Origin: Camelus ferus
Taxonomy: Eukaryota
DNA: 64,000 bases
Direction: 5' to 3'
Assembly (NCBI RefSeq): GCF_009834535.1
Contig: NC_045698.1
Location: 7,008,001 to 7,072,000 of the forward strand
This document shows positions 26,860 through 36,730 of this stretch, in pieces. Within the stretch, counting starts at the first letter, position 1; every line of letters starts with the position of its first letter. The notes under the pieces are model-generated. The model searched no databases. It was not told where the DNA came from and was given only the letters and a program-made list of their open reading frames with translations. The position numbers and the translations under genes were made by a program.

Positions 26860-27306
26860 AAAAATTATTTTTCATTGGAGTATAGTTGATATACAATATT
26901 ATCTAAGTTACAGGTGTATGACAGTGACTCACAATTTTTAAAGGTTATATTCCATTTGTAGTTATTATAAAACATTGGCTATATTCCCCGTGTTGTACAA
27001 TACATCCTTGTAGCTTATTTTATACATTATAGTTTGTACCTCTTAATCCCCTACCCCTATATTGCTCCTCCCCTCTTCCTTCTCCCCACTGGTAACCACC
27101 AATTTGTTCTCTATATCTGTGAGTCTGCTTCTTTTTTGTTATATTCACTAGTTTGTTGTATTTTTTTAGATTCCACATATAAGTGACATTACACAGTATT
27201 TGTCTTTCTCTGTCTGATTTATCTCACTTAGCATAATACCCTATAAGTACATCATATTGCAGCAAATGACAAAATTACAGTCTTTTTTACAGCTGAGTAA
27301 TATTCC

Positions 27307-27356
<50 letters not shown>

Positions 27357-28452
27357 ACATCTTCACCCATTTATCTGTTGATGGACACTGAGATTGCTTC
27401 CGTATCTTGGCAATTGTAAATAATGCTATTAACATTGGGGGTGCATGTATCTTTTCAAATTAGTGTTTTGGATTTTTTTTCAGACATACCCATGAGTGGA
27501 ATTGCTAGGTCATATGGTATCTGTTTTTAGTTTGGGGGGTTTTTTTTAACATTTTTTTATTGAGTTATAGTTATTTTACAATGTTGTGTTGAATTCCAGT
27601 GTAGAGCACAAATTTTCAGCTATACATGAACATACATATATTCATTGTCATATTTTTTTCACTGTGTTTTTAGTTTTTTGAGGAACCTCCATACTGTTTT
27701 CCACAGTGGCTGCACCAATTTACATTCCCAACAACAGTGTACAAGGGTTCCCTTTTCTCCACATTCTCACCAATATTTGTTATTTGTGGTCTTTTTGATG
27801 ATGGCTATTCTGACAGGGAGTGAGGTGCTATCTCACTGTGGTTTTGATGTGCATTTCCCTGATGATTAGCAATGTTGAGCATCTTTTCATGTGCCCGTTG
27901 GCCATCTGCATTTCCTCTTTGGAAAAATATCTACTCAGTTCTTCAGCTCATTTCTTAATTGGGTTGTGTGATTTTTTGATGTTGAGTTGTATGAGCTGTT
28001 TATATATGTTGGATATTAACCCCTTATCAGTTATATCATTTGCAAATATCTTCTCCCATTCAAGTAGGTTGTCTTGTTTTGTCAATGGTTTCCTTTGTCG
28101 TGCAAAAGCTTTTAAATTTAATTAGGTCCCATTTGTTTATTTTTGTTTTTATTTCCTTTGCTTTATGAGACAGATCCAAAAAAAATACTGCTACAATTTA
28201 TGGCAAATAGTGATCTGCCTATGTTTTCCTTGAAGAGTTTTATGGTTTGGGGTCTTACATTCAGATCTTTAACCTGTTTTGAGTTTATTTTTGTTTATGA
28301 TGTTAGAGAATGTTCTAATTTCATTTTTTATATGTAGCTGTCCAGTTTTTGAAGCACCACTTATCACACAGACTGTCTTTTCTCCATTGTATACGCTTGC
28401 CTCCTTTATTGTAGATTAATTGATCGTGAGTGTATGGGTTTCTTTCTGGGCT
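26860..28452 (-). mobile_element. L1 3' region (ORF2 end and 3'UTR) with (TG)n and a nested younger L1 3' fragment (~27533-27665)
   Basis: Antisense ORF2 tail sequence; the nested piece is flanked by duplicated tgtttttagttt. Confidence 0.9.
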
Positions 28453-28599
28453 GGGTCCTTCTAGATTGTTGCTGTGTATCCAGGAACCGGAATAATGCCT
28501 GGCACACAGTAAGGACTTAATAAATGATGACTGAATAAGTAAGCAGACAATGAATCCTTCAATCCTCTACATTGAAGCCAATCAACACAGCAACAGGAA

Positions 28600-29450
28600 A
28601 GAAATGAAAACCCCCAAAGATGTTTGTAGGGAAGGCTGTTCTTGACCCCTTACAAGTTCACGTCTGATGAGGGAGCAGACGGGAACTTGGATGAGCTGTC
28701 CTGTAACAGGTGATCTATTCTGGAATCCTCAGCCCATCCCATAGTCTCCACCCTTGAATTGACACCTCTGATCTCCCTCAGGGGGCTTCAGAGAAAGTCA
28801 TGTGATATTACCACAAATATCACCATTTCTATAGCCTTGACGAAAACAGTTTTGAGAATTCATTGACTGGGACAGGTTTTAAGAAAGGAAAGCTTCCTAG
28901 AGAAGTCTGAATGTTAGCTGGGCCTCGAAACGTGGCCAAGAAAATGACCTCACTTAACGTAGATCAGTGTTTCTCAACTTTTTTTCATCATCATCCCTCC
29001 CACCCAAGGAGCCTTTTTAGACTTTTCCTAATCACCCCTTCTCATGAAATTTTAATGGCACCAGTATACTATATGTCTATGCACCATGACACTTTAGAGG
29101 TCCACAAATCATTATAACATCTAAAGTTTGTTCACCAACCCTCCTCCCCTCCAAGAACCAATTTTTGCCTCCTTGGGGGAAATATCACTCTGTAGAGAAT
29201 GAATGTCACATTCGTTTCTCTTGTGTAAATAACGATGTTCCTCTGCTATCCTATTGTTGGTAGACAAATTTCTCCTTTAAGAAAGACCTTTTCCAGTGTG
29301 GCTTACTTAAGAAAATGTTTGGGGGAAATAACTGAACCCCTCAAAAAATGAGCCTTGTGTTGGCAAGATACACTTCATCTCTCCTTTGACTTTGCTCTTT
29401 GGCTCTAGACGTTAAGGAGTCCAGATGTCTTAGCAGGGTGAGAGGTGGCC
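28600..29450 (-). pseudogene. GREB1-like pseudogene block B (Walker B and motif III region), interrupted by a hAT element
   Basis: SRAKRAKSKER*SVSCQHKAHF (caa cac aag gct cat, two substitutions from QDEAH), then EVIFLATFRGPANIQT, resembling recalled GREB1 VFLLQVTSFPYALQT. Confidence 0.55.
28965..29201. mobile_element. hAT-Charlie non-autonomous element (Charlie4-like)
   Basis: cagtgtttctcaactttttt...aaggagcctttttagac...ccaagaaccaattttt...ttgggggaaatatcac...gagaatg. Confidence 0.75.
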
Positions 29451-30189
29451 CCTGAATCATGGACACTGGGAAGGCCAGCTTTCTTAGAGCAGACATTACC
29501 CTGAGATTAGAAACAATGCTTGGTGAGGTAGATTACTTTTTCATGTTACTCTGTGTTTATACACATGTGCTAAGTCTGTGAATTCACCAGTCAGCAGGAG
29601 TAGGAAAGAGAGGTGAGGAAGTAAGATGGAAGAGAGGACATGCCATAGCACGTTCAGTAGGACCAGGGAGGACCATGGACACCTTTTCCTGAAGATATAA
29701 GGACAGCTTTACACAAGAGATGAAAACCAAACACGGCCTATTCTTAGTTTTGCTCATAGCCTTGACCTAAACTGAATGAAACTGGCCTGCCTCCTTCCTC
29801 TCTTCACTCATTCTTTCAACAAATATTTGAGTGTCACGTATTTGTGAATACTATAAAAATGCAAAGGTCAAGATCTATCGATTTTTTCCCCCAAAGAGCC
29901 TACATACAGCCCACTGGGAAATCACACAAGTGATTCAATTAGTGGAGTGACTGAGACATTCCCCAGGGTATTTGTTCCAGGCTCCACCTTGTGACCCACT
30001 GAGGATATTCACCGTTTGCTGTTCTTCAAGGACAAACTCACCCTTCAGGAACGTAATCTCACTTGCACTTCCAAATTCACTGTTTTCATAATCAAGTGGC
30101 ATAATGTCAAGCTGCTCCTTAAATTAAGGTCTCTTCTCTCATTTCCCTCTCCCCACAAAATCAGTGATCACAATCAAAGAAACAATTAC

Positions 30190-31900
30190 TTTTGTTCAGC
30201 AAGATCTGCTTTTAATTAACCTATGTTTGTTCCTTATTGAAAACACCTCTACCAAGAATACACCGAATGAGTCCTTTCTGCTCTGGTACCTGGAAGAATA
30301 GACAGGCAATAGCCAATGGCCTGATGGCCCCACAGCTGCTTCATTCTCAAGACCTTAAATCTCAAGGAAATCATGTCTGCATGTGGGATCCCAGGAACCA
30401 GAGCTTGCTCCAGACAGCTTCTGAGCACACGGCAATGTCCATGTCCAACTGCGGGAGGTTGGCCTTGAAAGATGGAAGGGCTTCTGTGGGAAGGACTGAG
30501 GCTTTTCTCCTGGCTCATTCTTAAAGGGATTATGTCAGCTTCATAAGGTGTTGTACTGACGTTCTGATGTGATGACCTTTTCACATCATTAGGACCAACC
30601 TGGGTCAGTAGATCTCCCTGGCCACCAGCCAGCTCTCACAGCCACTGTGTAGCAGCCTGCTGAATCTGCTTATTCTGTTTAGAAGGTGCAGAGGCCAATA
30701 TGGAGGCCAGCCTGTTGAATGATTCCTTTTGAAATCCAATTCTGAAAGTGCATTTCTTATCCTACATTGAGCTTACCTCCTGAGCGTGGCTACAGTCAGT
30801 TGCTCCTGCCAGCAGGAGACCTGAGTCCTAACAAGTTATGCTGGAGCTCTCACTTCTTAGCCCCCTCTAAATGGCCATCACCACATCACAGTCCTCTCTT
30901 GAGGAATTCTTTCAAAAATCCTTATCTTATCAGTGGCAGAGCAGAGGCGTGTAAGATAGGGAGACTTTGGGCTGCAAGCATGTTTCAACAGTATGGTTCT
31001 CAAGTTTGAGATCCCTGTGTTTCCACCTTCTAGGCCACCATGGGGGGAGATTACCTTGAAGATTAACCATGAACTATCCTGTATCTTTAGCTGATCTAAT
31101 AGTTTATCAAGCTGGCCTTCAACCTTGAAGAGCAAATTGATCTCCCAGCATGAAGCAAAGATTTCTTTTGAATATTATGAATTCTTACCTTGGGCTTCCC
31201 AGTGAGCTGCTACGTTTCATAAGAACTTGAGAACTTCGAGGCTGCTCCACGCCTTCAAAGCCCTTCTGATGCTTTTCTCCGCTGCAATAACAAGTAGGCC
31301 ACCCCTGTGGTAGAGAAAATGACTAATTAAAAAATTACCTTGCACTGGTCTCTTAGGAAAGTTCCAGAATTCCACCAGACCCCCAAGTTGCATCAGTTCA
31401 AACAAAAAAAAGTATCACTCCATAAACAAATCACGTCACAAAAACATGATACAGATTGACTGCTTTTCTCTGATAAATTTCCCCATCGTCTTCTATTTCC
31501 CAAAAATGAGCAAAAAGCCTCCATTGCGTTCCTTCCCTTGCTTCATGTAATTTGAGCTCAAATTTAAATGCAGTGGTTTCTTTAAAAACTGTTGCAGCCA
31601 GAGACTTTGATAGCCAGTTTCTAGCTACAAACTCAAGCTTATCTACGAATGTAAGTTTTAAAATAATATTGAAATAGAACTTTAAAACTGAGATTCTAAT
31701 TTTTTTAAAGAAAGACTTATAAGTAAGGAAATAAAAAAGGAAATAAAGTTTGGTATATGAAGGTGAGTAGGCTGTTTCATAAAAGTCATGCCTCTGAAAC
31801 GTGTCTGTAAGGAGTTGAACCTGCTGATGTCTTTTGAAATTTGCTAAGAATAAATTTGAAATCACATTTCCATGGAAGTAATTGCCTATCCTCTGGAGCA
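30190..31900 (-). pseudogene. GREB1-like pseudogene block A (N-terminal region up to the QT..RL..S motif)
   Basis: Repeat-free, protein-like broken ORFs (31431-31901, 31217-31405, 30878-31135, 30249-30584). The 3' end reads CLFFQVP..KEQT then, after a frameshift, RLIKS, resembling recalled GREB1 FLILVPP..QQTLQRIRQSG. A possible acceptor (ttcgtag) lies near 31643. Boundaries approximate. Confidence 0.5.
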
Positions 31901-32899
31901 ATGATTCCTAACTTTTTCAAAGATCCTTTTTAAGTACCAAGAAATTTAGTGAGAACTCTCATGTGGTTGGAAAAATGTAGAACATGTGCAGAGAGAGGCT
32001 CACTGGTCTTTTCATTAATTCCGCAGCCCCTCAGGAGTCTGGCTCCCACCTGCTGGCTTCCACAGATCCTGCGTTGGGAGAGCCATAAAATTATCCAGAA
32101 ATGACGGCCCCTGTGCAAACATCCTAGAACACGCTCACGGCTCGCATTAAACCTTCAGAGATTACTGTGTCTACACCGGATTTGCCAATGCAGAAAACAA
32201 ACTGTAGGTCAGAAACACATAATGTTTGTCAGAGAACAAATAGCTTCCATTTTTTTCTTTCAGTCTTAATACGTGGTCTACTATTGATGTTTTATACCCT
32301 CTCAATTTACCTTTCTGGTACTCACTAATTAAATCGAAAAGCTATTCACCTTCTTCTCAAGCATAGGGTTGAATTGTGAGAACCCAGAGAATTCATGAAA
32401 GGCCTTACTATATGCAAATGATAAATGTGATAACTTATCATTCCCAGCATCGGGATGATTATCCACATAAATCTTCACTGTCCCACTGAGAGCTGCATTA
32501 AATCATCCCACTGGTCCATTGCATTGTGGGTGATAAGCCAGCATTTTCACATGTTTAACCCTATTGCACTTGCATAGGAAACACACCCTAGGCTTTCCGT
32601 AAGAACCTCTGAAAGCAATCCAGGCCAAAAATGACCTATGCCAACCCTCGCCTCCTTCGGGGGCGTAAGAATTCAATGTCATGCTGCCTCTCAATCCTTT
32701 ATGTCACAGAAGTTGCCTCTAGAGTGAACGTTTTGCCCTTTGGAAAGGGATTTTCTAATTTCCACATTCTCTAGACCTTCCCGCTGACAGATCAGGAATG
32801 CTGTGGCTGTTGTTTAGAAATTCCTCTTTCCTAACCCTGGGCAGGCCTTCCAACCTACGTATCATTACGCATCTGCCTTTGGGTCATAGAACCACAGAC

Positions 32900-33428
32900 A
32901 TTATTGGGGTGGCATGAATTCAGGGGATCTATAAACTTGGATGGGAAAAAAATTAACATCTTTGTTTTCACTAACCTCTAACTGAAATTTAGCACTTCCT
33001 TCAAATGGGAATGCAGGCAGCCAACCACTGTCCTCTCGGAGACTTTATCACCAAGAGAAATCACCAGTATTTTCACATCACATTAAGGTTGTGCAGGTAT
33101 CTGAAAATATTTACTCTCATCACTATTTCAAAATTTAGGTGGCTGTTAGACCTGCCATGGGAGCTTGAGCTGGCTATTTAATACAGTAATAAAGAAGCCC
33201 ATATATTACTGAATCACCAACTTTATATATACACATACATGTATATCAGCTATATATTATACATGTATAATTATATATATGGTAATTATATTTTAACCCA
33301 ATTGGTTTTCTTTATAATCCTATGTATTTTATTTTGTGTATTTAAAAATATTATTTGCAGAAAGGTTGCATGGACCTCATCAGATGGCCAAAGGGGTCCA
33401 AGGGACAAAGAAAGTTAAGGATTCTTGC
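32900..33428. mobile_element. hAT-Charlie element (MER119-like)
   Basis: aacttggatgggaaaaaaattaacatctttgttttcactaacctctaactgaaatttagc...ccaaaggggtccaagggacaaagaaagttaag. Confidence 0.7.
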
Positions 33429-33894
33429 CTTGAAAGTGTATGTCTTTGAATCATCACTGCTGCCACCACCTCCTTGGAAACCCTGCACTTGGCTCCTTTG
33501 TTCTCAGTACCCCAGTTCAGGGAGCCCTGGTTTACAGCCTGTGAACCCCAGGCTTGCTTGTGTGGGGCCAGTTCTGTTTGGCAAGAGACATTCTGGGCAG
33601 AACACCTGTCCAGGTGGGAGGACCTTATTGTCACCCTTCATGGCTTCTTTTCCAACCTGTTACTCCTAGGGGAAATGGCATGGACTTCAGGAAGTGCAAA
33701 AAGCCCCTCATTCATTCCAATTTACTGTTGAGAGGCCCTTGGAGAACATTCCATCTGCCTCCTAATTCCACGGTCACGTCAGCAGACTCAAAGAGCAAAA
33801 TGACCTGACTCAAAATCCCACAGCTAGTTAATCGTCCTGACTCCCAGGAATTCTCCCTTCTATACACCACCCACGGACACATAACAATAAACAA

Positions 33895-34345
33895 CCTTTA
33901 TGTTGAGCCCCTTAAAGACCATGCACTGTTTCATGTGCTTTTCATATGTTAATTTCTTTAATTATCACAATGACCTTAGTAGTAAGTTCAGTGATTCTCC
34001 TCACTATACAGATGGGAAAACTGAGGCCAAGAATGGTTAAGGGACTTACTAGGTTACACAACTAGTAAATGATGGAAATAAGATCCGAATCAGACAGGCA
34101 GACTCCTCTTGGCCCTGTGACCATCCTGCCTCTCCAGTCAGCTGCCACCAGGCAGTGTGGATGCCGATGACAAAAATTCAAGTCAAACTGAGCAGAAGTA
34201 ACCTCACAAAGCTCCAGTTTCCCCACCTTGTAAAATAGGGATAGAAAGATCTGCCTTGCAGAGCTGGTCTGAAAATTAAGCTAAACATATACATCAAGTG
34301 CTAAGCATGTCTAGTACATAAGCTCTTGAAAAGGGTAGGTACTAT
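33895..34345. mobile_element. MIR fragments (two orientations)
   Basis: tacagatgggaaaactgaggc core; cagtttccccaccttgtaaaataggga. Confidence 0.7.
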
Positions 34346-35599
34346 CATTTTTGCAATTATTTTTATTAAGGTGGGCACACAAGATTGCAGAGATGAAGCA
34401 GATGGTGAAAAACCAAACCTTTGAGAGTAAAGGCGTGAGCGGAAAACCACAGCCAGGTGGACTAGAGGTCAGGCAATCCAACCCACATTGGCAGAAACCT
34501 ATGAGACTCCTCCAAACTCTTAAGGTTTAAAACTCTACCTATAATTCATTCATGTATTCCCTTAGTGAGAACTGCTATATGCAACTTCATTCATCTTCTT
34601 TCTTGCTCCACTACTCTCACCCCGTTCACAAACCCTGCCGACCTACCCCTGAAATATCCGCTATGGTTCAAAACATGAGTCAAGCATGGAATTTAATTCC
34701 TCAAAATCAGCAACGAGTAACAAAGAAAATCTACACATCAATGCGAGAAAATTGGTTGAAAATGACATTCAAATGCTATTCAAGGATTTTTCATGCAATA
34801 CAATGAAGTGAGACCAGCCAGAGAACAGGATGCTCTGGCCAGCAACTGCCAAATGAGGTGAAACCCACATGGGAGCAAGTGGCAACAAGGACAGAGAGCC
34901 CCGGCGAAGCCCCGCCCGCAGCTCCTGGCTTGGAGCGCGTGGGAAGTGAATGTTTGTTTTACCTACTTCACCTTTTCTGTTGGGGGAACTATACTGACCT
35001 TCTGTGTCCCCCAGTGATAGGATCTGCCACACCCTAACCACGGAGCTGAGTATGTGAGCAATCTAGGTCAAACAGGTTTTCCTTCCTGGGAACTCACCCT
35101 TGAAGGAGACACACAGGAGAGAGGGGAGTTGGAGCTGAATCATCGGATTGACAACCATACACTAGAGAGGTCATCTGGAAACTTTTGTTTCTAAGATCCC
35201 CAGAACTAGAAGTCCTATCCTCCCGAGGCCCAGTGGCTCCATCTTCCTTTGATTCTACAAGGTATTCCTGGTGTTTATCGCATCACTGTGCGTCATAGGA
35301 TACACGTACACTATATACATTCTCCTACATGGGTCAAAATTTCATAATCCATGTTAGAGAATAAAACAGCAAGAAAAAGAGAATTTCCAAAAGAGATTTA
35401 TTTCAAGGCAGTGGGGTGGGACTCACTGCAGACTCAAATGAGGGGAAAGAATTATGGGCTAATTTTGCTAAGGAAAACGGAAACCATTAAAATTATTTAA
35501 GGGAACTGAAGAAATGCAAAATCAAACCAAGTAAGGAGGGAAGTCAGTGCCATCTCAGCGAGACTGAGGGCTTCACTCAACTCACAGTTACTTCAGTAA

Positions 35600-36730
35600 C
35601 TGGTAAGAGTTAACTTGACCCAGGAGGACACGGGGTGCAAGTTCATCCCATTGGAAGGGTGTGGTCTAGGAGTCCCAGTAGTTCCCCATGGATGATTATT
35701 AAAAGGCTCCATATGTCCACCTGAAGCACCAGAAGACTGGCGCATCCAGAGCATGGAACTCAGACGAAATTCTCCTAGAGAGAAGTGACATCTTTCTGCT
35801 AAGGCTGTGAACCCCATACATCTGGAATGGTGTATTAGCTCAGGCTCTCATAACAAAACACCATGGACTGAATGACTTAAAGAACAGATTTGTATTTCTC
35901 ACAGTTCTGGAGGATGGAAGTCCAAGATCAAGGCACCCACATGGTCAGGTACGGGTGAAGACCCTCTTTCTGGCTTGCAGATGATGCCTTTGTCTTCACA
36001 TAGATGAGAGAGGAGAGAAGGAGAGAGATAGCTCTCTGTATCTCTTCTTTAAAGGACACTAATCCCATCTTGAGGGCTCCACACTCATGACCTCATCTAA
36101 AACTAATTATCTCCTAAAGGCCTCACCTCCTAATGTCATCACATTGAGTATTAGGGCTTCAAAGTATGAATTTGAGGGGTGGGGACACAATTCAGTCCAT
36201 AACAAACTGTAAAACTGTTTTTTTGGTGAGTGTCCTCATTTACTCTTGGAAGATGTTAAGATGTATATAATCTATCTTGAAATAGTGCAATGCAATGTGT
36301 CAGTTCAAGTGACCCCTTAGGCACAGTCAGTGGCCTTATGGAGAACCCCAGCCTGAGGTCAGCATTCTACCAACAAGCCCACTGTACACCAAGAAGGCTA
36401 CAGCAAAAGACCCAAATCTCCATCAACACCCAAGATTTTTCTCATTAACATAGAAAGAGTCTGAAGGGGATTTTGTTAGTAAAATTAGTGGTATGCAAGT
36501 TAATGTGATTAAGTAAAATATGTTAGTAACAATCCCCACACTTCATGAACAGGATAGAGGAGGCCAGTAAATAATGTCACCAACTTTTTATATCTTAAGA
36601 CTCCCATGTCCACCATCAAGTTGGGAGACATCTGTGGATAACATCGTATCTTCCTCAGGTGAACTTCTGTGCAACATGGTCGGACCACCCACAAGATAGA
36701 GAAATGGGACTTCATGAGCTCACAGGCTTG
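35600..36730 (-). mobile_element. Ancient Gypsy-like LTR retrotransposon integrase relic, interrupted by MLT1
   Basis: Minus translation SQLDGGHGSLKI*KVGDIIYWP (integrase Zn-binding GHxG..K....YWP), a KIDY-like segment, and beyond the MLT1 FQMYGVH..RISSEF (cf. F.RYGVP..SD.G..F.S.F). Confidence 0.5.
35832..36203 (-). mobile_element. MLT1A-like LTR
   Basis: tgtattagctcaggct...tttctcacagttctggagg...ttcagtccataaca. Confidence 0.88.

Larger units (their letters stand above)
10240..31900 (-). pseudogene. Degraded multi-exon GREB1-family gene (permuted SF2-helicase-like module + TAGT glycosyltransferase); probable unitary pseudogene of a divergent paralog
   Basis: Minus-strand translations give, in GREB1 order: KEQT/RLIKS (~30.2 kb), QHKAHF (29345-29362), VIFLATFRGPANIQT (~28.9 kb), EYFGNL (~24.7 kb), GSRPGH..FDL..WLCRL (~19.3-19.4 kb), SGLQQEGKIYVFETFL (~15.6 kb), CSPC (~13.7 kb), LLNL..HLSVLFVKD (~13.4 kb), NTGIAETRY (~12.8 kb), NPFMMANVSLLVYF (~11.15 kb), HFKRIRLFRGG (~10.95 kb), DKIKLRDTFVLKEIWK (~10.3 kb). 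Many in-frame stops and frameshifts. Compared by eye with recalled human GREB1. Confidence 0.72.

Noticed and set aside
27645..28337. Hydrophobic plus-strand ORFs
   Set aside because: Antisense translations of L1 ORF2, a common artefact.
24549..31600. Resemblance to SAMD9/SAMD9L (FELKLHE, FYPEYF)
   Set aside because: The matches map to the same SAMD9 segment from two places, are not colinear, and SAMD9 has a single coding exon.
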